Assembly (NCBI GenBank): GCA_964016885.1
Contig: OZ024750.1
Location: 4,030,001-4,094,000 of the forward strand
Direction: 5' to 3'
Length of the DNA: 64,000 nucleotides
Origin: Eledone cirrhosa
Taxonomy: Eukaryota
The position numbers were made by a program, and so were the translations under genes. The notes beneath the pieces were generated by a model. It did no database searches, was not told the DNA's origin, and was given only the letters and a program-made list of their open reading frames with translations. Each line of letters starts with the position of its first letter. Within the stretch, counting starts at the first letter, position 1. Positions 1 to 11,971 of the stretch are shown here, piece after piece.

Positions 1-30
1 TATATATATATAGTGAGAGAGAGAGAGAGA

Positions 31-199
31 GAGTCAGGACACCGACGGCTGAGCTCCGGCCGTTTCGACAGCTAGATCCGAACTAGGATTTAGCTGTCGA
101 AACGGCCGGAGCTCAGCCGTCGGTGTCCTGACTCTTTTCCGATTTCTGTTCTACTTTCGTATTGAGTACTTTTTCCTCGTGTTTTTTAAACACAAAGAT
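31..199. mobile_element. Family H1 palindromic element carrying hammerhead 3' half
   Basis: Perfect 44-bp arms 31-74 and 91-134. The right arm reads GAAAC-GGC(loop)GCC-GTC, i.e. helix III plus GUC. TATTGAGTAC at 160-169. Confidence 0.65.
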
Positions 200-1219
200 A
201 CAGACGTATGTATATGGTGTATACAGATGTGTGTATATGGTGTGTATATGGTGTGTATACACACGTATGTATATGGTGTATACAGATGTATGTATATGGT
301 GTGTATACACACGCATGTATATGGTGTATACAGATGTATGTATATGGTGTATACAGATGTATGTATATGGTGTATACAGATGTGTGTATATGGTGTGTAT
401 ACACACGTATGTATATGGTGTATACAGATGTGTGTATATGGTGTATACAGATGTATGTATATGGTGTGTATACACACGTATGTATATGGTGTATATAGAT
501 GTGTGTATATGGTGTGTACAGATGTGTGTATATGGTGTGTATACACACGTATGTATATGGTGTATATAGATGTGTGTATATGGTGTGTATACACACGTAT
601 GTATATGGTGTATATAGATGTGTGTATATGGTGTGTACAGATGTGTGTATATGGTGTGTATACACACGTATGTATATGGTGTATACAGATGTGTGTATAT
701 GGTGTGTATACACACGCATGTATATGGTGTATACAGATGTATGTATATGGTGTATACAGATGTATGTATATGGTGTATACAGATGTGTGTATATGGTGTA
801 TACAGATGTGTGTATATGGTGTGTATACACACGTATGTATATGGTGTATACAGATGTGTGTATATGGTGTGTATACACACGTATGTATATGGTGTATACA
901 GATGTGTGTATATGGTGTATATAGATGTATGTATATGGTGTATACAGATGTATGTATATGGTGTGTATACACACGTATGTATATGGTGTATACAGATGTG
1001 TGTATATGGTGTATACAGATGTATGTATATGGTGTGTATACACACGTATGTATATGGTGTATACAGATGTGTGTATATGGTGTGTATACACACGTATGTA
1101 TATGGTGTATACAGATGTGTGTATATGGTGTGTATACACACGTATGTATATGGTGTATACAGATGTGTGCATATGGTGTGTATACACACGTATGTATATG
1201 GTGTATACAGATGTGTGTA
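200..1219. repeat. Complex minisatellite of 22-24-bp units (TATATGGTGTATACAGATGTGTG / TATATGGTGTGTATACACACGTATG)
   Basis: Directly visible tandem array. It is stop-poor, which explains the long spurious ORFs. Confidence 0.95.
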
Positions 1220-1339
1220 CCAGTTGGTCTATATTTCCATAAGCAATATATTTTACTCTCCTCGTAAAACACGATAGCACGCCTCAATGTTTACATTTTG
1301 ACAGCTCCAACATAAATTGTTCGATATACATATATATGG

Positions 1340-1470
1340 GGCTTTCTGATGATTTCCTCCGAATGAAACAGTTCTAGTCCTGTAGAAGCCATTTCTATAT
1401 TAAATTACTTTTACTCTGCTATGTATTGAGTACCTTACTGTGGTTATCCCCGATTTAACCCGAGATCTAC
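1340..1470 (+). mobile_element. Short element with hammerhead-like core (family H2)
   Basis: CTGATGA-TTTC(CTCC)GAAT-GAAAC-AGTTCTA-GTC at 1346-1379, then TATTGAGTAC. Other copies at 15872-16070, 32228-32401 and 39877-39918 differ mainly in the 4-nt loop. Confidence 0.55.
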
Positions 1471-1738
1471 ATATATATTTGTCAATATTTATTTATAAAA
1501 CTGCTCTATATTATATTTTATCTGATGAAAGCACACCATAATTTAACTTGGTGTCCTTGAAATATGTATAATGAAATAAATATGGTTTTATAAATATAGT
1601 TTCCATTTGTCAATATGGTACTCAATACTTTGGGTAGTAGAGTGGGTAATAGGGAAAGAGCCAGGACCCCGACGGCAGAGCTCAAGCCGTTACGACGGCT
1701 ATTGTGTATACATTTTTTGTGGGTACAGCCTGTATATA

Positions 1739-1807
<69 letters not shown>

Positions 1808-1809
<2 letters not shown>

Positions 1810-1928
1810 GGAAAATAGTCAAGACCCCGACGGCAAAGCTCAAGCCGTTTCGACGGCTATTTCTGGACTCGAGAAATAGCCGCCGAAACGGCTTGAGCTT
1901 TGCCGTCGGGGTCCTGATTCTTTTCCTA
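1808..1928. mobile_element. Family H1 palindromic element
   Basis: Inverted arms around GGACTCG; GAAAC-GGC..GCC-GTC at 1885-1907; flanked by (TA)n on both sides. Half-copies at 1615-1702 and 17476-17580. Confidence 0.65.
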
Positions 1929-2145
1929 TATATATATATACATATATATATATCATATATACAAGCTGTACCCCCAAAAATGTATACTCAAAGGCTGTGT
2001 ATTCTAATAAATATTGCTTGAACAGGTAACCAAAGTGTGTATACATTTTTTGGGGACACTGATATGTATATAGCTTCAATTTTTGTTGTTGTTTTGTCTT
2101 TTGTATTTGTTTTAGTAGCGTGTCTTTGTTATTATGTAGTAGAAT

Positions 2146-2296
2146 GTACTGCTACTACTACTACTACCACCATTACTACTACTACCACCACTACTACTAC
2201 CACTACTACTACTACTACCGCTGCTGCTACTACCACCATTACTACTACTACTACTACTACTACCACTACTACTACCACCATTACTAACCCTACTAT

Positions 2297-2338
<42 letters not shown>

Positions 2339-2366
2339 CATTACTACTACTACTACTACTACTAAC
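2146..2366. repeat. (CTA/CCA)n trinucleotide microsatellite
   Basis: Visible; similar (GTA/GTG)n tracts at 2900-2960 and 7484-7838. Confidence 0.95.
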
Positions 2367-2506
2367 TATTGCTGTTGCCTTTGGTATTTGATAGAGCCAA
2401 CCTTCTGCCATGATATGAGACATTCCATTGTAATCCAATCCAGTCGTGACTACACCATCGACTTGTGGCTGTCTACGTCTGTCTCTTATCACAAAATGTG
2501 ATGGAC

Positions 2507-2665
2507 TTGCAGTATCGGTCGAGGGTCGGACGCCATGCTTTCCGTCATAGTTACGTCCCTTTACGGTCTGAGTTCAAATCCCGTCGAGGTTAACTTTGCC
2601 TTTCATCCTTACAGGGTCGATAAAATAAAGTACCAGTAATGCACTGGGTAATAGTAGAAACAGTT
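2507..2665 (+). mobile_element. SINE S1 copy
   Basis: Same A/B boxes and core as 6220-6408. Confidence 0.85.
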
Positions 2666-2680
2666 ATATCTAACGTGTCT

Positions 2681-2911
2681 TTGATTCAATGATTGAAACA
2701 AATGAAATTAAGAAAAAATATATATAGAACGAAGTGAAATGACGATCGACCTGCTAGAAATAGCAGCTAAAGTCTCCTCCCAACTAATCTTTGTAACAAC
2801 GAAATATAAAATATTTGAAACAAACGGAATGGCTGCGCCTGGAATACTGTTGATAATAGAGTTGGCTAAGTCTATGGTTAGACAATAGATTTCATAACAG
2901 TAGTAGTAGCG

Positions 2912-2954
<43 letters not shown>

Positions 2955-3464
2955 CAGCAGCAAGTTCCACTAGATGACAACAAAAAAACCCTTAAATAAA
3001 ACCTAAACAACCACACAGGTACTTGTCTAGGTATTAGTACATAGTTTTAACAGCGAGACATTTCTCCACCTGCTAGAAATAGCAGCCAAAAATATCCCTA
3101 AAATATCATAGTGGTATTTAACAAGGCAAGACACGTTAGATATAATTGTTTCTACTTTTGGCACAAGGCCAGCAATTACCTAGTGCATTACTGGTACTTT
3201 ATTTTATCGACCCCGTAAGGATGAAAGGCCAAGTTAGATACACAAAGGCTGTGTATTCTAATAATAGAATATACTAAATAGCCAACTCTATTATCAACAG
3301 TATTCCAGGCGCAGCCATTCCGTTTGTTTCAAATATTTTATATTTCGTTGTTACAAAGATTAGTTGGGAGGAGACTTTAGCTGCTATTTCTAGCAGGTCG
3401 ATCGTCATTTCACTTCGTTCTATATATATTTTTTCTTAATTTCATGTTTCAATCATTGAATCAA
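2681..3464. repeat. ~190-bp near-perfect inverted duplication (2681-2868 / 3279-3464)
   Basis: The arms are reverse complements, including GGAATGGCTGCGCCTGGAATAC / GTATTCCAGGCGCAGCCATTCC. Confidence 0.9.
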
Positions 3465-4425
3465 AGCCTTGCTGGAGCATCGCCTTCAATGGTATGGTAT
3501 GGTTTGGTATGGTTTGGTGTGATATGGTGTGATATGGTATGGTATCGTATCGTATAGTATGGTATCGTATGGTATGGTATGATATCGTATGGTATCGTAT
3601 GGTATGATGCAATACAATATTTATAAACTGGCTCATATTTTATCGAACTAAGAAGGATGAAAGGCCAAGTTGACCTAAACTAGATTTGAACTCAGAACGT
3701 AAAGTACACCTCAACTCCATATCCCTTCCACACACCACACCACACCACACACACCACACCACACTCACCACACCACACCACACCACACCACACCACACAC
3801 ACACACACCTGTGTTTGTATGTTCTTGTTTAGTAGCAGTCAGCACAGAACGAGCAGACCTCTCTATCAGCCAAGACTTACTGTATCGTCTTTTTTCCCCC
3901 CTTTCTTTCTTTTCAAGCGCAGTCTACCTAGGACTACTTTTAACTTAAAAAAAAAACTGGGTTAAGTTGCGTTCCTTTGAATTTATAAGGTTGAATGAAA
4001 ATTATTCCTTTTTTTCAAGATGGGAAAAGTAGTTAACGTAAGATTTAGGAAAAATAACTCAAACTCATCTCAAAAGAGAATCAGGATATAAATTCATCCA
4101 CAGAATTTAGTGAAATCCAGGGAAAAATCAATAGACCTTTAATTCATGATAAAATAAAGTTTAAAACACTTATCCTTCAATTTGGAATAACATCAAATGC
4201 TCTGTATAGTCTTAAAAGACTATTTCATGAAAACTTTCAGTGGAGATGGTCACGGTTGGATTTCAATCGTCAGCAGAGCTCAACAGAAACCAGGGCTACC
4301 ACAGTATTATAATCCGAAAAAGTGAATTCTAAAACTGGCTATATATATGGTGCCCCAGCATGGCATCAGCCTATCGTCTGGAACACGTAATAGAGTAATA
4401 TGTGCTAAAAGTAGAAACAATTATT

Positions 4426-4472
<47 letters not shown>

Positions 4473-4554
4473 AAAAGGTAAACGGAAATAACAACACAAT
4501 TGGTATATATGGAAGGAATATATTAGGTTAACGCTTGATATAGCAGGAAGAGAG

Positions 4555-4590
4555 TCTTAACGTTTCGGACGCTAGTCCTTCATCAGAAGA
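4555..4590 (-). ncRNA. Minimal hammerhead-ribozyme-like motif inside a (TA)n-flanked element (~4481-4696)
   Basis: Minus strand reads TCTT-CTGATGA-A-GGAC(TAGC)GTCC-GAAAC-GTT-AAGA: stem I TCTT/AAGA, intact core, 4-bp stem II, palindromic ACGT helix III, GUU cleavage triplet. Confidence 0.7.
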
Positions 4591-4692
4591 AAGAATAAGA
4601 AATAAGATAGATTGAGGGGACGTATGGGTTGGAATTGGAAAAATGTCTTTAGATAAAAATAACAGGTCCATTCATGTTGACATCTCTTGCAA

Positions 4693-4734
<42 letters not shown>

Positions 4735-4782
4735 CAACGTTTTTTGAAATATTCACTTCTGCGTTCACAGATTGACTTTGTT

Positions 4783-4833
4783 AGTTTCAGAAGATCCCGT
4801 TAAGGGTGAAAGCACCGATTCTTTGCTTAAACT
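4783..4833 (+). ncRNA. Hammerhead-like fold with variant core (CAGAAGA)
   Basis: AGTTT-CAGAAGA-T-CCC(GTTAA)GGG-T-GAAA-GCA..TGC-TT-AAACT: all three helices form; helix I can extend (ACAGATTGA/TTAATCTGT). Confidence 0.5.
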
Positions 4834-5351
4834 TTAATCTGTTATTTTAATATATATATATATATAATGCAGTTATTGATGAGAAGAGTTGAGATAAATG
4901 CAGACAAGATTCCCGAGTTAGATGGTTAGATAACATCCATGATCTCGGCTAGACTTGTCTGGGGATCCAGCCGAACCAATTTGAGACAGTTGCTTCTAAC
5001 AGGACCCGCTAGAAGAGGACTCTACCCCCGCGAGCCTATCAGCAAATTCAGCAATCCTCCTTCTCTCTATACATGCATATATCCCGATCTTTAGAAATAC
5101 GGGACAATATCTCAATCCCAAAAGAAGCAACCTCTCTGACCCTGTTATCAATCATCTTATCTCACCTACTTCCATCTTAAAGGTGAAAGAGAACGCCATT
5201 AACTCCAACCGTGTCCAACAACTTGAATCTCTCTTGCACCTTAATAACCGCTTGTACGAAGCGCTAAGAGGATAAAGTCGATATAAAGAGTGGTGTACTC
5301 ATGCCCGGGGGTGTTATAAAATACCTTATAAAATAGGGTGAATACCCTTAA

Positions 5352-5572
5352 CCCTTTAGCATTTACATTACTCTTTATAAACTATTGTATTTTTGCTGTA
5401 AAAGGCCTTATCTTACATAATATCTCACATAATATTGAATCTATGAGATTTTGATGTTATTTATTTTGAGAACAATACCTTAAAGTCAGTATGAGTGGCC
5501 GGTTGGGGTCAGATTGAACAGAAAAAGGTGAGAGAATTCTGGCTGCATATGGCCGGTTTAAATGCTAAAGGG
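5352..5572 (+). mobile_element. piggyBac-type MITE (~220 bp)
   Basis: TTAA TSDs on both sides; TIR CCCTTTAGCATTTA / TAAATGCTAAAGGG. Confidence 0.9.
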
Positions 5573-6219
5573 TTAAAGACGGGAAAAAAAAGGTTGTCAA
5601 CGGCTGCTATGAGGAAACGAACCCCATATATCTCCCAGATACTTTAAACTTTTTATGAAACACATTATTACATGGTTGTGTAAAGTCCATCATTTTTTAA
5701 ATATTTGTTTTGTTTAAATATTGTTCACAATTGTGTGACAAAAGAATATTAAAAACAACATTGTTTTGTAAATATAAAATAAAGATATATAATAGGATGG
5801 GCTTAAAATGGTGTAATTAGTTGATGCCGAAAGATTGCAATACTGTTAAATTAGATAATCATACATGATATGAATTTATGTGATTAGATATCTGATGTTA
5901 ATATATCTTGTTTGTTTATTCATGTGATTTCCTGCAGAGAGCTTGGAGCTTAATTGACCAGTCTGGTCATAAATACAACCAGAACGAACACAATAAAAAT
6001 TGTTTTCTTTGAGAATGCAGCACAAACTATCTTAGTTCTGGTGTCAATAAAGACCAATTAAACAAACGCAGCGTGAGGGTTGGTATTTTACACATGTTTT
6101 TTTATTGAATAGCATGCCAAAACTCCTTTAGATGGTGTCTTACAGTTTTAAAAGATAATCAGTTAATCCATTTATCTTTGCGAGATATTTCACCATTTAT
6201 TATATTAATTCTTTTATAG

Positions 6220-6408
6220 GGCGGTAGATTGGCAGTATCGGTAGAGGGTCGGACGCCATGCTTTCCAGCATAGTTACGTCCCTTTACGATCTGAGTTCAA
6301 ATCCCGCCGAGGTTGACTTTGCCTTTCATCCTTACGGGGTCGATAAAATAAAGTACCAGTAATGCACTGGGTAATTGCTGGCCTTGTGCCTAAAGTAGAA
6401 ACAATTAT
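6220..6408 (+). mobile_element. tRNA-derived SINE, family S1 (~190 bp), full-length copy
   Basis: A box TGGCAGTATCGG, B box GAGTTCAAATCC, core GCCTTTCATCCTTACGGGGTCGATAAAATAAAGTACCAG (Nin/Deu-domain-like), (ATT) tail. More than 25 full or partial copies in the window. Confidence 0.9.
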
Positions 6409-6491
6409 ATTAATTCTTTTACACGTCATGCTTTGTGGATGAAATTTGGTAGACGGAAACTGTCTGGTAAGCAGTCGTATATGTGTGTATA

Positions 6492-6573
<82 letters not shown>

Positions 6574-7703
6574 TACACGACGGCTTTCCCGGACTAGCAA
6601 CTACTAATTTTTGGCCGCCTTCTAGTCTTGGGTATCTTTCTGCTTTTCATCACCTTGGATTGTGTCTATTATATTCCTTTGTTAAATTTCGGAATACCTG
6701 ATGATGTCACCGGATTCATTGAAATATTCATAGTAAAACATAAAAATGTAAGTCAAAAGCTAACGTTTTGTAAAGGGGTTGTTTGACAGAGTAGAGTTAA
6801 TGTGATTGCTGGTAGAAGCATGTGGCCTAGTGGTTAGGGTGCTGGGCTCATGACCACAAGGACGTGGGTTCGGTTCCTGGACTGAAGGGCGCGCTGTGAT
6901 CTTGACAAAGAGGCTCTATTTCACGCTGTTCCTTCTGACATAAGTTACGACCGAGCAGATTGTATCAGCAATTGAAAGATTAGTGGAAACATTGCTTCCT
7001 TGGTCCGATCTGACGATCGACAAAAGAGCTGGCTGATAGAAGTGAAAAAAGCAATTAATAGTTTAAAATGTAGAGACAGGGAAAATAATCACATTGAATA
7101 CAGTAAGGGAGCTTTGAGTTGGGCTTATAAGGGTGAAGGGTTAGGTGTTACCTAAGTCCGGAACCCGTGACAATCAAGACTCCCCTTCTCACACCCACCA
7201 AAAAACTTCTTAATCCCCTTCGGGACCTGAAAACAACTTTATTCCACATGGTAAATTTTTTTTTTTTTTTTTTTGAAGCCCTGGTTGTGAAAAAGGAGGG
7301 CCAACTTTTTTTGGAGGGGTGGGGCTAAGACTTTTGAGGTGGGCTAACTAAGATTACATTATCTAGAGCGAGCCCTTCATTAGACATATGTATGAGACTG
7401 AGAGGTATTTGGTTACTATTTCTAACAGGTTTCGGTAATCACGTCGTATGTTTTGTTGGATTGTTAAGATGGTATTGTTAACAGTGGTAATGATGATGAT
7501 GGTGGTGGTGGTGGTGGTGGTGGTAGTGGTGATGGTGGTGGTGATGGTAGTGGTGGTAGTGGTATTGGTGGTGGTGATGGTAGTTGTGATGGTAGTGGTA
7601 GTGGTAGTTGTGATGGTAGTGGTGGTGGTAGTTGTGATGGTAGTGGTGGTGGTGGTGGCGGTGGTGGTGGTGGTAGCAGCAGCAGTAGTGATGGTGGTGG
7701 TGT

Positions 7704-7736
<33 letters not shown>

Positions 7737-8019
7737 CGGCAGTAGTAGTAGTAGTGGCGGCAGTAGTAGCAGTAGTGGCGGCAGTAGTAGTAGTAGTAGT
7801 AATATCAGTACTAGTAGCAACAGCAGTGGTAGTAATAGTGTTAACGTTGTTTATATAAACAACATATCGTTAGTTTCTTGTTAATGCATGCGTAGTTAAC
7901 GTGTTGCGTGGTAAACATGGCGTCTATTTTATGTATAAAGATTATATATATATTACTTCGTTTCTGAATTTGTTTAGCAACATGACCCTCCCAAAGTATA
8001 ACTATTAGGGCCATTACAC

Positions 8020-8183
8020 AATCTGTTCGGGAGAACTTTCGGACCGGGGCCTATGGACAACTTCCAGAAATCCCTGGCCTGGCAGTGCTACCGAGGAGCT
8101 TTGCCAGTTCGCGATAAACTCCACATGGAAGTGCCGTCAGCCGGGTATGTCCAAGATGCACGCAGGGCGACGAAACCGTCCTG
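8020..8183 (+). mobile_element. L1/Tx1-like LINE fragment (zf-RVT region)
   Basis: Translates ..SLAWQCYRGALPVRDKL.. and, after a frameshift, ..VCPRCTQGDETVL. Confidence 0.6.
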
Positions 8184-8663
8184 ATTAAATCGACCCCGGT
8201 TCGTTACTGGTACTTAATTTTATCGACCTCGGCGGAATTTGAACTCAGAACGTAAATGGCCATAACTCTATGCTGTAAATCATGGTGTCTGACAATGGTT
8301 TCTTTCTTAACCATAAATGTTTACATTTAAGATCTTTAACGATGGTACACGACGATACCCGGTTTGTTTGGGAAAGTAAGGAATAACAAGAAGAAAACAT
8401 GTAATGTGTGTATGTATAGTGTGTGGGCTTGCATGTATGTGTGTGTGTGTGCTTGCATGGCTGTATGTGTGTGTCTGCGTGTTTGTATGTCTGTATATGT
8501 GTGTGCTTTCATGTATGTGTGAGTGTGTGTGAGTGCTTTCATGTATGTGTGCTTTCATGTATGTATATGTATGTGTGTGTGTGCTTTCATTTATGTATAT
8601 ATATATATCTGTGTGTGTGTTTGCATGTCTGTATATGTGTCTGTGTGTTTGCATGTCTGTATA

Positions 8664-8709
<46 letters not shown>

Positions 8710-8753
8710 TTCATGTGTGTATATGTATGTATATATGTGTGCTTTCATGTATG

Positions 8754-8792
<39 letters not shown>

Positions 8793-9353
8793 ATCCCTTT
8801 TGGTTCTATATTCCGCTATGGTCGACTGTCTTTCATTGATAAAATATATACTGAAAGGCGATGACGTGGGGTGAGGGAAAGATATAGATTTCTGATATAA
8901 CTATTTGACTCCTTTCCTCCAACTTAGTATTCCTGACTTGCGATACTAAGCTACTATTCATTTCCAGACCAACTCCAGTCGTGATTTGCCTACGTGATCG
9001 ACATCACATGCGTTCTCTTCCATGTTTCTGTGTCACAGCAACTTTCTTCTTCTTAGACTAAAAACAAATATGTGTTTAAAAATCGAAACATGCTTTTAAA
9101 CATGTTTATTTTACCTGTCTGGTTGTGTTGTTAATTTTAAAACAACGCAAATAATGACAAATTGTTCACCTTGATCTATAATAATTTGTATAGAAGAATT
9201 GTGTTTATACAGCTGGGTGTTTAGGGAAATGATAGAAAATGTCGAGATAGAATTGGACGCTGGGTTTGACAGCTATTGGTATATAAACATAAATACTTGA
9301 CATTTTCACTATTTTTCTCCCTATGCCCCCTTGTCTGTCTGCCTGCCTGTGTG

Positions 9354-9384
<31 letters not shown>

Positions 9385-9419
9385 ACAATTAAATAAAGAA
9401 ATCTATCTATCTATCTATT

Positions 9420-9765
9420 CCTGAAGAGATCGTGATGACAAGAGTCCTAAAACACTCCTTCCAAGTGGGTCCTGTCAGAAGCAACCGTCTTCAACTGATC
9501 CGGCTGGATCCCCAAGTGAGACCAGCCAAACTCATGGATGTTACCCAACCATCTTGCTCGTAGTCTACCCCTGGGTCTCTTGCCGGTTGGTTTTGCTCGT
9601 AAAATCTGTCCAGCGGTTCTTTACTGAGATTTCTAAACCACATGCCCATAGTATCGGAGCTGTGATCTCTCAATGCAGAGAAGTTCTGGCTCTACCTGGA
9701 GTGACTCTCTGATCTCCGAGCCACGCACTCTATCGTGTAATGTTACTCCAAAGACTCGTTGAGGG
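9420..9765 (-). mobile_element. RTE-like LINE 3' fragment
   Basis: RVRGSEIRESLQVEPELLCIERSQLRYYGHVV. Same family at 4865-5040, 21919-22130, 46840-46970 (+) and 47550-48070 (-). Confidence 0.8.
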
Positions 9766-9899
9766 AACCCTATTTTCATAAAGTAAAATCCAAAGACCCG
9801 TTGAGGGAACCCTATTTTCATAAAGTAAAATATAAAAATGTGTACATTTATATTATTAGTATGATTAAATATAAGGGCTCTTTATGAGTCACTCTTGTG

Positions 9900-10015
9900 A
9901 AGGTGCGTAGTTTAGTGGCTAGAGAATTGGATTTACAATTGTGAGGTTGCGAGTTCGATTCTCGGACCGGATGGTGCGTTATGTCCTTGAGCAAGACACT
10001 TTATTTCACATTGCT
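9900..10015 (+). mobile_element. tRNA-derived SINE family S2 (CORE-like central domain)
   Basis: TAGTGG(T/C)TAG A box, GTTCGATTC B box, GTCCTTGAGCAAGACACTTTATTTCAC. Copies at 6818-6930, 21535-21680, 36378-36490 and 57372-57520. Confidence 0.75.
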
Positions 10016-10427
10016 CTTTCTGCCAGGTGTTTCCTCCGGTAGATAGTATGAGCAATGAAAAGACCAATGGACACATTGTTTCCTTTGTCCGATTTGGCGA
10101 GTTCCACCCGACTCTGTAATGGAATGAGGTCTGGGATCTTGTCAATCTTGTCGATAGATAAGTCTCTCTGTAATATTTGAGTTCAATATTGTGAAGAAAC
10201 GAAGATTGACGACCTCGGCTCTACATTGTAACACTTCTTTGTTCAAAGTTCCGACTCTTCAAGACTGTTTCCTTTGTCAATAACATTTTCGAGATCTTTT
10301 CGGTTTACTGAGAGTGCTCAACATCTTAGACAAATCGCCTTCAATACAAATGAAGAGTTACATCTCGCCATGATACAAAGGGGATCGGTGTGGAGGGATT
10401 CCGATATGGGAGATACAGTAGCAGACG

Positions 10428-10474
<47 letters not shown>

Positions 10475-11259
10475 GTATTGTTCACATTACAACAGGTTTC
10501 CGCATCACATGACTCATTAGGCAAAGTGGAGTAAACTTTATGTTTCCACCCTTAGATATTTTAATATGTAATTTATTATTTAAAAAAACTGCAGACACAC
10601 ACTCTCTCTCTCTCTCACTCTCACATATATATATATATATATATAACAAAGGAAAAGATGTGAAGTACCATTCTCAGTAGCCTTGTTCTTTTTTTTGTAC
10701 ACCCATTCATTCACTTGCACACACACACGCACACACACACTCTCTCACACACACACACATATATAATTTATATGATTTGTGTCTATGCCTGCGCTCTAAA
10801 TAATCTTAGCTGAATTGATTGTCTGATTCGTAAATAGTTATAAAATATAAAGAGCAACAAACTATACTGGGCGGACCTGCATCTGTCAAGGTTTCCTGCC
10901 ATATTATATTACGGAATAGTATTGTATTCTAAATAACTCAGTTGTTACTGCAATCTCTTAATACTATGATGCTGACAGAATGTGTAAGTAAACTTGGGAT
11001 TATATATACTATATATATATACATCTAGGGCGGGTAAAATTCCTGAGATTTTATAAGAATTAGAGCCCCTAACTACACTGCCGTCGGAGTCTTGAACTTT
11101 TCATATATATATATATTTTTATTTTTTTATATTTATTTTTATTTGTACCCCTTCCACCGTTTTTCCTCACCCCCCCCCCCCCCCCCGCTTTTTTTTTCTA
11201 AATGTCTCTCCTCCACTCCCCTACACACCCTCGGAACTCTCTTCCCACGCACTTTTCGC

Positions 11260-11287
11260 CTGAAGAAGGGCTTATGCCCGAAACGTC
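11260..11287 (+). ncRNA. Minimal hammerhead-like core in a (TA)n-flanked element
   Basis: CTGAAGA-A-GGGC(TTAT)GCCC-GAAAC-GTC; helix I is not evident. Decayed relatives lie at 25981-26040 (+) and 45443-45470 (-). Confidence 0.6.
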
Positions 11288-11366
11288 CCCTCCCCCCACT
11301 CTCATGAGCGTGAAACTAATAAACCTTTGTTCGTACTGCCTCTCTGTTTTGTTCCCGTTCCATTTT

Positions 11367-11409
<43 letters not shown>

Positions 11410-11582
11410 CATCAATATATATATATATAAACTAGATAAACTATATAAAGCTATAGAGACACTAGAATGACTGAACATAATAAATGGAAACTAATTATCA
11501 TATCTTTTCTTTCTTCTTCCTTCCTTCTTTTGATTTTAATTGTTTTATCGAAGAAGAGAGGAAAATTAGAAGCCAAAGAAAG

Positions 11583-11971
11583 AGAAGACGAAAGTGATGT
11601 TATTAAAAGTATCTGGCCTGTTCTATCAGTTTTATAGTATATATAGGTTAGATCTGTTGTCTGGGTCCATAGAAAGAGAAGACGAAAACAGTGTTGTTAA
11701 AAGTACATGACCTGTTCTATCAGTTTTATAGTATATACATATAGTATATATAGGTTAGATCTGTTGTCTGGGGCCATAGAGAAGACGAAGGCAGTGTTGT
11801 TAAAAGTACATGACCTGTTCTATCAGTTTTATAGTATACATATAGTATATATAGGTTAGATCTGTTGTCTGGGGCCATAGAGAAGACGAAGGCAGTGTTG
11901 TTAAAAGTACATGACCTGTTCTATCAGTTTTATAGTATACATATAGTATATATAGGTTAGATCTGTTGTCT
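11583..11971. repeat. Tandem repeat, ~101-bp unit x ~4
   Basis: AGAAGACGAA..GGTTAGATCTGTTGTCTG recurs at 11583, 11677, 11780 and 11881. Confidence 0.9.

Noticed and set aside
113-1287. Long 350-380 aa ORFs on both strands
   Set aside because: Translations of a stop-poor minisatellite; open in multiple frames on both strands.
2037-2501. Signal peptide plus poly-Thr mucin-like ORF
   Set aside because: Starts in a MITE and spans a (CTA)n microsatellite; no splice or codon support.
5938-6012. Possible terminal exon after ttcctgcAG
   Set aside because: Acceptor-like, but no recognisable peptide or partner exons.
6220-6310. tRNA genes at A/B-box sites
   Set aside because: No cloverleaf; these are heads of multi-copy SINEs.
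10020-10400. Coding-looking island
   Set aside because: Frames are broken by stops and no motif is recognisable; probably an old TE fragment.
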